Assembly: GCA_964016885.1 (NCBI GenBank)
Contig: OZ024740.1
Location: 14,570,001 to 14,634,000, forward strand
Reading direction: 5' to 3'
Source of the DNA: Eledone cirrhosa
Lineage: Eukaryota
Length of the DNA stretch: 64,000 bases
Part shown: positions 9,559 through 22,600 of the stretch, piece by piece
How the letters are laid out: each line of letters begins with the position of its first letter
How positions within the stretch are numbered: the first letter of the stretch is position 1
Program-made: the position numbers and the translations under genes
The notes under the pieces: model-generated
Told to the model about the DNA's origin: nothing
Database searches by the model: none
What the model saw: only the letters and a program-made list of their open reading frames with translations

Positions 9559-10077
9559 GATGTGTATGGCTATAGGAACAGGAAGGACAACCGTACGAAC
9601 GCGCATGCACAGAAACTCCGTCACTTCACACAGGCAATACTAGACTGCGTTCGGGAGGTGTAAGGGAGATAACTGCGAAAGACCGGAGAGTTTTTAGGTT
9701 GAAAATAAAATTTAAAAAAATTAAAAATAAAATTACAAAGAATCAGTCCGGAGCCTTGTAGTTATGCAATAGATGTTTGGTGACGTGTGGACAACGTGTG
9801 AAAAATTCACTTCTCGTGTTTAGAAGTGAATTTTTCACACGTTGTCCACACGTCACCAAACATCTATTGCATAACTACAAGGCTCCGGACTGATTCTTTG
9901 TAATTTTATTTTAAATTTTTTTAAATTTTATTTTCAACCTAAAAACTCTCCGGTTTTTCGCAGTTATCTCCCTTACACCTCCCGCACGCAGTCTAGTATT
10001 GCCTGTGTGAAGTGACCGAGTTTCTGCACATGCGCGTTCGTACGGTTGTCCTCCCTGTTCCTACAACCATACACATC

Positions 10078-10117
10078 CCGAGCTGAAGATCCGCGAAGGT
10101 GAAACAATTGTTCTCGG
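10078..10117 (+). ncRNA. Minimal type I hammerhead ribozyme with palindromic stem III
   Basis: ccgag-CTGAAGA-tccgcgaaggt-GAAA-caattg-TT-ctcgg: 5-bp perfect stem I, intact core, self-complementary CAATTG. Confidence 0.8.
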
Positions 10118-10211
10118 TATGGTGAACTAACTGTTGTGTAACCACTTCTACCTAACTCGTCCCTCGGACTGAGTTCTCTACCACTACGGATATTACCTTC
10201 CAGTGTTCCAC

Positions 10212-10214
<3 letters not shown>

Positions 10215-10302
<88 letters not shown>

Positions 10303-10307
10303 TATAT
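10215..10307. repeat. (TA)n microsatellite
   Basis: Near-pure TA run. Confidence 0.98.
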
Positions 10308-10514
10308 TAGAAAGTGAAGTTTTTTTTACAAAATGAAAAATAACCGAGGTGTCCTACACGAGTGAAAGTATAAAGAAAAAAAGATGAAATCGAAAATGCA
10401 ACTGGAGTCTTATTTAAAAAATATATATATATATATTTATTTGGTTCCTTTACCGGTTTCGCAGTTCTTCTGCTTTTCCAAAGTACAGTTGAGATGGAGG
10501 GTCTGTGATTTTTC

Positions 10515-10518
<4 letters not shown>

Positions 10519-10596
<78 letters not shown>

Positions 10597-10639
10597 TATA
10601 TATATATATTTATATATATATTTATATATATATATATAT
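10519..10639. repeat. (TA)n microsatellite at the 5' truncation point of the Penelope-like element
   Basis: TA run with a few TTTA interruptions. Confidence 0.97.
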
Positions 10640-10649
10640 GTAGGAGGTG

Positions 10650-12357
10650 AGTTTTATTGTAGAACAATACGTCATTCTCACCGCAAGAAAAACTATCTTG
10701 AAATTCAACAATGAATACTGGACTAGAGCCGATACTTCCAACAACTTTGATATCACAATGGGTGCTTCCGATTCATCGCAATTGACTGATTTGATTGGTA
10801 TCTTTATTTTGAATTCTTTAAATCAGAAAATTCCTCAACTTCGCATGGAATTTATCGTGACGATGGCCTTTTTACTATCTTAAACTCCAACTCAGTTAAC
10901 CTTAATATTATTAAGAACAATAGACGTGATCTCTTTAAGCACCATAACCTTAAAATTGAATTACATAACAACGTCAAACTAACAAACTCCTTGGATATAT
11001 CCCTTAATCTTGACACTGGCCTATATTACCCTTACCATAAAAACAATGAGAATCCAAATTATGTTAATTTTAAATCTAACCACCCCACTAACATTAAAAA
11101 TGCTATAGTCAGTAATATTGAAAAAAGAATCTCAAATCTATCCTCTAATAAAGATATCTTCGACGCTAATGCCAATTACTATAATAATGCGCTTTCTAAA
11201 GCCGGTTATCCTGATAAAATTAAATACAGTAAGGAAACCAATCATCGAAGGTCTTATAGTAAAATAATTAATTATGAACATTCCAATAACTTAAATAAAA
11301 GACCTAGATACAAAAATATGATTTGGTATAATGCTCCTTTTTCCCTATTTATTAATAATAATTGTTTCTACTTTTGGCACAAGGCCAGCAATTATCCCAG
11401 TGTATTACTGGTACTTTATTTTATCGACCCCGTAAGGATGAAAGGCAAAGTTAACCTCGGCGGGATTTGAACTCAGTCCGTAAAGAGACGTAACTGTGCT
11501 GCAAAGCATGGCGCCCGACCCTCTATTGATACTGCCAATATTCCTAAACTATTCTTTAGGGCCTTAGATAAATGCTTCCCTCCCTCACATATCTAGAGTA
11601 AAATCTTTAACAAACATACAATTAAATTTTCTTATTCTACCACTTCCAACATCTCAAACACAACAATAAAATATTAAATAATAAATTACATCCTTCCAAC
11701 ACTGAGCGTCATAATAATAGCAGTAGTATAACCGACGTCATTGTTAACTCTAGGCTAGATTCTGTAAATTTAAATACGACGTCAAACGTAACTTCGTTGA
11801 ATGTTCATAACACCAATCAAAATCAGGAAACTATTGTTCCTATTGTAAATAACTTCTCCAATCCAATTCCTTCTATAAATAATATTAGGTCACTTGTTAA
11901 TAACTCTGTTAATTTCTCTAATCATAATTGTAATTGCCCTATTAAAACTAAATATCCTCTTAATAACCATTGTCTTGATAAAAACTTAGTGTATGAATGT
12001 AAGGTTATAACTGATACTAATTCTTTTACCTATTTCGATTCCACTTCCACTTCCTTCAAAGCTAGATTTTATAATCACAAATCGTCTTTTAAATACCAAC
12101 TTAAAAGAACTAACACGGCACTCTCGGAACTCATATGGTCCTTAAAAGACAAAAATATTAACTATAACATCTCTTGGAGGAAGGTTTGTTCCGCCTTTCC
12201 TTACCTGAATTCTTCTCTATCCAGAACATGTAATCTCTGCCTAGCCTAGAAATTTACCATTATATCTAATTTCAACTCTATAATAAATAGACGCACAGAT
12301 TTATTTTCGCTTTGCTTGCATAAATCCCATAGAACATTCCATAAAGTATACAGCTAA
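10650..12357 (+). pseudogene. Disrupted Penelope/Naiad reverse transcriptase - GIY-YIG endonuclease ORF
   Basis: FDITMGASDSSQLTDLIG; frameshift to HGIYRDDGL (RT catalytic motif, ~10844-10870); LDISLNL..YYPYHK..P.YV..SNHP; IWYNAPFS|SINE|NIPKLFFRALDKCFP; CNC..PL..CL; LVYEC..TYFDST..FKARFYNHKSSF; TALSELIW; CNLCLA*K (TAG 12247); NRRTDLFSLCLH. Multiple frameshifts and stops. Confidence 0.92.
11354..11537 (-). mobile_element. tRNA-derived SINE inserted into the Penelope ORF
   Basis: Minus strand begins TGGCAGTATCAATAG (A-box-like), has GAGTTCAAATCC (B box, 11474-11463), body gccgaggttaactttgcctttcatcc...ggggtcgataaa...taccagt, and ends in an (ATT)n tail. It splits the conserved WYNAPFS..NI..F...DK.FP motif. 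It resembles abundant octopod SINEs, from memory. Confidence 0.85.
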
Positions 12358-12653
12358 TATCTCAATACCTTATTAGTTTAAAATCCTCTTTTCTCAAAGG
12401 GTTATATATCTTTTACAAATATACCCATCTTTTTACCTTATTTCAGTATTATATATTATATAATACAATTTACTCATTCTATGTCATTCTTCTTTATCAT
12501 TTTCCTTTCTTCCTTTTTTCTTTTTCTTTTTTAATTTCTAATCTCTAATCTGTACCTTTTCTTCCCAATTACTTCTGAATTCATATTATTACTCACTACA
12601 GCATTATCCATTCTTCCATCTTTCCTCATATTATTGGCCATTAAAACTATATT

Positions 12654-13024
12654 TTTTTAATACATATAATATTACCATTAGAAGATTTTCGTAAACATAT
12701 AAACTTTTTGACGTTAGATATTTTTTTCTTCCTTAAATTTTTCTTCTCTCTTCTCTCTTTCCATGCTCGATTTAAACCTACTACTTACTTTTACTTTTAC
12801 ATATTACAATACATAAAAACAAACTTAAACCCTAACTAATTTCTTTTTAATATATTATAAAATTACCATTAGAAAATATTTCGTAAACATATATACTTTT
12901 TGACGTTAGATATTTTCTTCCTTAAACATTCTTTTTTCTTCTCTCCTTCCGTGCATATTTTAAACATACTATTTACGTATACATATTACAATACATAAAA
13001 AACAAACTTAAACCCTAACTAATT
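12654..13024 (+). repeat. ~190-bp tandem duplication within the 3' UTR
   Basis: attaccattagaa...ttcgtaaacatat...ctttttgacgttagata...acatattacaatacataaaaa...aaacttaaaccctaactaatt occurs at 12671-12841 and 12862-13024. Confidence 0.9.
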
Positions 13025-13524
13025 CCTCTAAATTAATAACTCATTTATTCTTCTCTTTCTTTTCACATTATAGCCTTAATATCATTAATATTTTTATCTT
13101 AATAATACATATTAATAAATTCTTTTCTTCGCATATTAAACCCTTCAATATACAAACCTTAATTTAATACTATTCTTAATTCCTTTTTCTTCATACATAA
13201 ACCTCATTAACTTTTAATTTCAAAATCTTTTAAATTATCTATTATCTTCCAACGGTTTTTTAATTTCTCTCTGTGAGACAATATTTTCTCAGTTGTAAAG
13301 GCTATCTCTCTCTCTCTATCATCCATTTATCCTCCTCTCTCATCTTTCCTTCTTATACTCCTCCCCCACCATCATTTACTCTTATTTCTTCCTCTTCCTT
13401 ACCTTTTCCAACCCACCCCCCTCACTTTTTCCCAATCTCATACATCCATCTTAATTAATTTTTATATGTTGATTTAAAACTTCACTGCTCACAAGTGTTT
13501 TTTAAGCTTCATATCATGTCTCCC

Positions 13525-13595
13525 TATTTTATCTGATGAGAACGCAGATTTCATCCCATGATGATATTTGTTTTTGAAATGCGCATAATAAAATA
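13525..13595 (+). ncRNA. Type I hammerhead ribozyme at the 3' end of the Penelope-like element
   Basis: tattttat-CTGATGA-(36-nt stem II, 14 of 16 positions paired including G-U, loop ccat)-GAAA-tgcgca-TA-ataaaata. Perfect 8-bp stem I, palindromic stem III, predicted cleavage after 13587. Confidence 0.88.
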
Positions 13596-13601
13596 CTTGG
13601 A

Positions 13602-16600
13602 ACAATAGTAACAACAACAGTAACAACAACAGTAACAACAACAGTAACAACAGCAGTAACAACAACAGTAACAACAACAGTAACAACAAGAGTAACAACA
13701 ACAGTAACAACAACAGTAACAACAGCAGTAACAACAACAGTAACAACAACAGTAACAACAACAGTAACAACAACAGCAACAACAACAGTAACAACAGCAG
13801 TAACAACAACAGTAACAACAGCAGTAACAACAGCAGTAACAACAACAGTAACAACAACAGTAACAACAACAGTAACAACAACAGCAACAACAACAGTAAC
13901 AACAGCAGTAACAACAACAGTAACAACAGCAGTAACAACAACAGTAACAACAACAGTAACAACAACAGTAACAACAACAGTAACAACAACAGTAACAACA
14001 ACAGTAACAACAGCAGTAACAACAGCAGTAACAACAACAGTAACAACAGCAGTAACAACAACAGTAACAACAACAGTAACAACAACAGTAACAACAACAG
14101 TAACAACAATAGAAACCACAACAGTAACAACAGCAGTAACAACAACAGTAACAACAACAGTAACAACAACAGTAACAACAACAGTAACAATAACAGTAAC
14201 AACAACAGAAACCACAACAGTAACAACAACAGTAACCACAACAGTAAAAACAACAGTAACAACAACAGTAACAACAACAGAAACCTCAACAGTAACAACA
14301 ACAGTAACAACAACAGTAACAACAACAGTAACAACAACAGTAACAACAACTGTAACAACAACAGTAGCAACAACAGAAACCACAACAGTAACAACAACAG
14401 TAACAACAATAGTAACAACAACAGAAACAAAAACAGTAACAACAACAGTAACCACAACTGTAACAACAACAGTAACAACAACAGTAACAACAACAGTAAC
14501 AACAGCAGTAACAACAACAGTAACAACAACAGTAACAACAGCAGTAACAACAGTAACTACAACAGTAACAAAACAGTAACAACAACAGAAACCACAACAG
14601 TAACAACAACAGTAACAACAACAGTAACAACAACAGTAACAACAACAGTAACAACAACAGTAACAACAACAGAAACCACAACAGTAACAACAACAGTAAC
14701 AACAACAGTAACAACAACAGAAACCACAACAGTAACAACAACAGTAACAACAACAGTAACAACAACAGTAACAACAACAGTAACAACAACAGTAACAACA
14801 ACAGAAACTACAACAGTAACAACAACAGTAACAACAACAGTAACAACAACAGAAACCACAACAGTAACAACAACAGTAACAACAACAGTAACAACAACAG
14901 TAACAACAACAGTAACAACAACTGTAATAACAACAGCAACAACAACAGAAACCACAACAGTAACAACAACAGTAACAACAACAGAAACCACAACAGTAAC
15001 AACAACAGTAACAACAACAATAACAACAACAGAAACCACATCAGTAACAACAACAGTAACAACAACAGTAACAACAACAGTAACAACAACAGTAACAACA
15101 ACTGTAACAACAACAGTAACAACAACAGAAACCACAACAGTAACAACAACAGTAACAACAACAGTAACAACAACAGAAACCACAACAGTAACAACAACAG
15201 AAACCACAACAGTAACAACAACAGTAACAACAACAGTAACAACAACAGTAACAACAGCAGTAACAACAACAGTAACAACAACAGTAACAACAGCAGTAAC
15301 AACAACAGTAACAACAACAGTAACAACAACAGCAACAACAACAGCAACAACAACAGTAACAACAACAGTAACAACAACAGTAACAACAACAGTAACAACA
15401 GCAGTAACAACAACAGTAACAACAACAGTAACAACAACAGAAACCACAACAGTAACAACAACAGTAACAACAACAGTAACAACAACAGTAACAACAGCAG
15501 TAACAACAGCAGTAACAACAGCAGTAACAATAGCAGTAACAACAACAGTAACAACAACAGTAACAACAACCGTAACAACAACAGTAACAACAGCAGTAAC
15601 AACAGCAGTAACAACAACAGTAACAACAACAGTAACAACAACAGTAACAACAACAGTAACAACAGCAGTAACAACAGCAGTAGCACCAACAGAAACAACA
15701 ACAGTAACAACAACAGTAACAACAACAGTAACAACAGCAGTAACAACAGCAGTAACACCAACAGTAACAACAGCAGTAACAACAACAGTAACAACAACAG
15801 TAACAACAGTAACAACAACAGTAACAACAACAGTAACAACAGCAGTAACAACAACAGTAACAACAACAGTAACACCAACAGTAACAACAACAGTAACAAC
15901 AACAGTAACGACAACAGTAACAACAACTGTAACAACAACAGTAAGAACAACAGTAACAACAACAGAAACCACAACAGTAACAACAACAGTAACAACAAGA
16001 GTAACAACAACTGTAACAACAACAGTAACAACAACAGTAACAACAGCAGTAACAACAGCAGTAACAACAACAGTAACAACAACAGTAACAACAACAGTAA
16101 CAACAACAGAAACAACAACAGAAACAACAACAGTAACAACAACAGTAACAACAACAGTAACAACAACTGTAACAACAACTGTAACAACAACAGTAACAAC
16201 AGCAGTAACAACAGTAGTAACAACAGCAGTAACAACAACAGTAACAACAACAGTAACAACAACAGTAACAACAGCAGTAACACCAACAGTAACAACAACA
16301 GTAACAACAACAGTAACGACAACAGTAACAACAACTGTAACAACAACAGTAAGAACAACAGTAACCACAACAGTAACAACAACAGTAACAACGGCAGAAA
16401 CAACAGCAGTAACAACAACAGTAACAACAACAGTAACAACAACAGTAACAACAACAGTAACAACAACAGTAACAACAACAGTAACAACAACAGTAACAAC
16501 AGCAGTAACAACAACAGTAAGAACAACAGTAACAACAACAGTAACAACAACAGTAACAACAACAGTAACAACAACAGTAACAACAGCAGTAACAACAACA

Positions 16601-19600
16601 GTAACAATAACAGTAACAACAACAGAAACAACAACAGTAACAACAACAGTAACAACAACAGTAACAACAACAGTAACAACAACAGTAACAACAACAATAA
16701 CAACAACAGTAACAACAACAGTAACAACAACAGTAACAACAGCAGTAACAACAACAGTAACAACAACAGTAACAACAGCAGTAACAACAGCAGTAACAAC
16801 AACAGTAACAACAGCAGTAACAACAACAGTAACAACAACAGTAACAACAGTAACAACAACAGTAACAACAACAGTAACAACAACAGTAACAACAGCAGTA
16901 ACAACAACAGTAACAACAACAGTAACAACAACAGTAACAACAACAGTAACAACAACAGCAACAACAACAGTAACAACAACAGTAACAACAACAGTAACAA
17001 CAACAGTAACAACAGCAGTAACAACAACAGTAACAACAACTGTAACAACAACAGTAACAACAACAGTAACAACAGCAGTAACAACAACAGTAACGACAAC
17101 TGTAACAACAACAGTAACAACAACAGAAACCACAACAGTAACAACAACAGTAGCAACAACAGAAACCACAACAGTAACAACAACAGTAACAACAACAGTA
17201 ACAACAACAGAAACCACAACAGTAACAACAACAGTAACAACAACAGTAACAACAACAGTAACAACAACAGTAACAACAACTGTAACAACAACAGTAGCAA
17301 CAACAGAAACCACAACAGTAACAACAACAGTAACAACAACAGTAACAACAACAGAAACCACAACAGTAACAACAACAGAAACCACAACAGTAACAACAAC
17401 AGTAACAACAACAGTAACAACAACAGTAACAACAGCAGTAACAACAACAGTAACAACAACAGTAACAACAGCAGTAACAACAACAGTAACCACAACAGTA
17501 ACAACAACAGTAACAACAACAGTAACAACAACAGAAACCACAACAGTAACAACAACAGTAACAACAACAGTAACAACAACAGTAACAACAACAGTAACAA
17601 CAACAGAAACCACATCAGTAACAACAAAAGTAACAACAACAGTAACAACAACAGAAACCACAACAGTAACAACAACAGTAACAACAACAGTAACAACAAC
17701 AGTAACAACAACAGTAACAACAACAGTAACGACAACAGAAACCACAACAGTAACAACAAAAGTAACAACAACAGTAACAACAACAGAAACCACAACAGTA
17801 ACAACAACAGTAACAACAACAGTAACAACAACAGTAACACCAACTGTAACAACAACAGTAACAACAACAGAAACCACAACAGTAACAACAACAGTAACAA
17901 CAACAGAAACCACAACAGTAACAACAACAGTAACAAAAACAATAACAACAGAAACCACAACAGTAACAACAGCAGTAACAACAACAGTAACAACAACAGT
18001 AACAACAGCAGTAACAACAACAGTAACCACAACAGTAACAACAACAGTAACAACAACAGTAACAACAACAGTAACAACAACAGTAACAACAGCAGTAACA
18101 ACAACAGTAACAACAACAGTAACAACAGCAGTAACAACAACAGTAACAACAACAGTAACAACAACAGTAACAACAACTGTAACAACAACAGTAACCACAA
18201 CAGAAACCACAACAGTAACAACAACAGTAACAACAACAGTAACAACAACTGTAACAACAACAGTAACAACAACTGTAACAACGACAGTAACAACAACAGA
18301 AACCACAACAGTAACAACATCAGTAACAACAACAGAAACCACAAGAGTAACAACGACAGTAACAACAACAGTAACAACAACAGAAACCACAACAGTAACA
18401 ACAACAGTAACAACAAGAGTAACAACAACTGTAACAACAACAGTAACAACAACAGTAACAACAGCAGTAACAACAGCAGTAACAACAACAGTAACAACAA
18501 CAGTAACAACAACAGTAACAACAACAGAAACAACAACAGAAACAACAGCAGTAACAACAACAGTAACAACAACAGTAACAACAACAGTAACAACAACAAT
18601 AACAACAACAGTAACAACAACTGTAACAACAACAGTAACAACAACAATAACAACAACAGTAACAACAACAGTAACAACAACAGTAACAACAACAGTAACA
18701 ACAACAATAACAACAACAGTAACAACAACTGTAACAACAACAGTAACAACAACAGTAACAACAGCAGTGACAACAGTAGTAACAACAGCAGTAACAACAA
18801 CAGTAACAACAACAGTAACAACAACAGTAACAACAGCAGTAACAACAACAGTAACAACAACAGTAACAACAACAGTAACAACAACAGTAACAACAACTGT
18901 AACAACAACATTAAGAACAACAGTAACCACAACAGTAACAACAACAGTAACAACAACAGTAACAACAACAGTAACAACAACAGAAACAACAACAGTAACA
19001 ACAACAGTAACAACAACAGTAACAACAACAGTAACAACAACAGTAACAACAACAGTAACAACAACAGTAACAACAACAGTAACAACAGCAGTAACAACAG
19101 CAGTAACAACAACAGTAACAACAGCAGTAACAACAACAGTAACAACAACAGTACAACAGTAACAACAACAGTAACAACAACAGTAACAACAACAATAACA
19201 ACAGCAGTAACAACAACAGTAACAACAACAGTAACAACAACAGTAACAACAACAGTAACAACAACAGCAACAACAACAGTAACAACAACAGTAACAACAA
19301 CAGTAACAACAACAGTAACAACAGCAGTAACAAAAACAGCAACAACAACTGTAACAACAACAGTAACAACAACAGTAACAACAGCAGTAACAACAGCAGT
19401 AACAACAACAGTAACAACAACAGTAACAACAACAGTAACAACAACAGAAACAACAACAGAAACAACAACAGTAACAACAACAGTAACAACAACAGTAACA
19501 ACAACTGTAACAACAACTGTAACAACAACAGTAACAACAGCAGTAACAACAGTAGTAACAACAGCAGTAACAACAACAGTAACAACAACAGTAACAACAA

Positions 19601-22600
19601 CAGTAACAACAGCAGTAACACCAACAGTAACAACAACAGTAACAACAACAGTAACGACAACAGTAACAACAACTGTAACAACAACAGTAAGAACAACAGT
19701 AACCACAACAGTAACAACAACAGTAACAACGGCAGAAACAACAGCAGTAACAACAACAGTAACAACAACAGTAACAACAACAGTAACAACAACAGTAACA
19801 ACAACAGTAACAACAACAGTAACAACAACAGTAACAACAGCAGTAACAACAACAGTAAGAACAACAGTAACAACAACAGTAACAACAACAGTAACAACAA
19901 CAGTAACAACAACAGTAACAACAGCAGTAACAACAACAGTAACAATAACAGTAACAACAACAGAAACAACAACAGTAACAACAACAGTAACAACAACAGT
20001 AACAACAACAGTAACAACAACAGTAACAACAACAATAACAACAACAGTAACAACAACAGTAACAACAACAGTAACAACAGCAGTAACAACAACAGTAACA
20101 ACAACAGTAACAACAGCAGTAACAACAGCAGTAACAACAACAGTAACAACAGCAGTAACAACAACAGTAACAACAACAGTAACAACAGTAACAACAACAG
20201 TAACAACAACAGTAACAACAACAGTAACAACAGCAGTAACAACAACAGTAACAACAACAGTAACAACAACAGTAACAACAACAGTAACAACAACAGCAAC
20301 AACAACAGTAACAACAACAGTAACAACAACAGTAACAACAACAGTAACAACAGCAGTAACAACAACAGTAACAACAACTGTAACAACAACAGTAACAACA
20401 ACAGTAACAACAGCAGTAACAACAACAGTAACAACAACTGTAACAACAACAGTAACAACAACAGAAACCACAACAGTAACAACAACAGTAGCAACAACAG
20501 AAACCACAACAGTAACAACAACAGTAACAACAACAGTAACAACAACAGAAACCACAACAGTAACAACAACAGTAACAACAACAGTAACAACAACAGTAAC
20601 AACAACAGTAACAACAACTGTAACAACAACAGTAGCAACAACAGAAACCACAACAGTAACAACAACAGTAACAACAACAGTAACAACAACAGAAACCACA
20701 ACAGTAACAACAACAGAAACCACAACAGTAACAACAACAGTAACAACAACAGTAACAACAACAGTAACAACAGCAGTAACAACAACAGTAACAACAACAG
20801 TAACAACAACTGTAACAACAACTGTAACAACAACAGTAACAACAGCAGTAACAACAGTAGTAACAACAGCAGTAACAACAACAGTAACAACAACAGTAAC
20901 AACAACAGTAACAACAGCAGTAACACCAACAGTAACAACAACAGTAACAACAACAGTAACGACAACAGTAACAACAACTGTAACAACAACAGTAAGAACA
21001 ACAGTAACCACAACAGTAACAACAACAGTAACAACGGCAGAAACAACAGCAGTAACAACAACAGTAACAACAACAGTAACAACAACAGTAACAACAACAG
21101 TAACAACAACAGTAACAACAACAGTAACAACAACAGTAACAACAGCAGTAACAACAACAGTAAGAACAACAGTAACAACAACAGTAACAACAACAGTAAC
21201 AACAACAGTAACAACAACAGTAACAACAGCAGTAACAACAACAGTAACAATAACAGTAACAACAACAGAAACAACAACAGTAACAACAACAGTAACAACA
21301 ACAGTAACAACAACAGTAACAACAACAGTAACAACAACAATAACAACAACAGTAACAACAACAGTAACAACAACAGTAACAACAGCAGTAACAACAACAG
21401 TAACAACAACAGTAACAACAGCAGTAACAACAGCAGTAACAACAACAGTAACAACAGCAGTAACAACAACAGTAACAACAACAGTAACAACAGTAACAAC
21501 AACAGTAACAACAACAGTAACAACAACAGTAACAACAGCAGTAACAACAACAGTAACAACAACAGTAACAACAACAGTAACAACAACAGTAACAACAACA
21601 GCAACAACAACAGTAACAACAACAGTAACAACAACAGTAACAACAACAGTAACAACAGCAGTAACAACAACAGTAACAACAACTGTAACAACAACAGTAA
21701 CAACAACAGTAACAACAGCAGTAACAACAACAGTAACAACAACTGTAACAACAACAGTAACAACAACAGAAACCACAACAGTAACAACAACAGTAGCAAC
21801 AACAGAAACCACAACAGTAACAACAACAGTAACAACAACAGTAACAACAACAGAAACCACAACAGTAACAACAACAGTAACAACAACAGTAACAACAACA
21901 GTAACAACAACAGTAACAACAACTGTAACAACAACAGTAGCAACAACAGAAACCACAACAGTAACAACAACAGTAACAACAACAGTAACAACAACAGAAA
22001 CCACAACAGTAACAACAACAGAAACCACAACAGTAACAACAACAGTAACAACAACAGTAACAACAACAGTAACAACAGCAGTAACAACAACAGTAACAAC
22101 AACAGTAACAACAGCAGTAACAACAACAGTAACCACAACAGTAACAACAACAGTAACAACAACAGTAACAACAACAGAAACCACAACAGTAACAACAACA
22201 GTAACAACAACAGTAACAACAACAGTAACAACAACAGTAACAACAACAGAAACCACATCAGTAACAACAAAAGTAACAACAACAGTAACAACAACAGAAA
22301 CCACAACAGTAACAACAACAGTAACAACAACAGTAACAACAACAGTAACAACAACAGTAACAACAACAGTAACAACAACAGAAACCACAACAGTAACAAC
22401 AAAAGTAACAACAACAGTAACAACAACAGAAACCACAACAGTAACAACAACAGTAACAACAACAGTAACAACAACAGTAACAACAACTGTAACAACAACA
22501 GTAACAACAACAGAAACCACAACAGTAACAACAACAGTAACAACAACAGAAACCACAACAGTAACAACAACAGTAACAAAAACAATAACAACAGAAACCA

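Larger units (their letters stand above)
10640..13601 (+). mobile_element. 5'-truncated Penelope-like retroelement, Naiad type (RT + C-terminal GIY-YIG, long AT-rich 3' UTR, terminal hammerhead)
   Basis: RT and endonuclease remnants at 10650-12357, a pyrimidine-rich 3' UTR, an HHR at 13525-13595, and a start within (TA)n. Confidence 0.9.

Noticed and set aside
11461-11537. tRNA gene (A and B boxes)
   Set aside because: Box spacing and body do not fold as a cloverleaf; it is the head of a SINE.
12247-12249. In-frame stop in the Naiad ORF as possible selenocysteine recoding
   Set aside because: The codon is TAG at a position normally Glu (CL.EK), not TGA at a Cys; the ORF has other disabling lesions.
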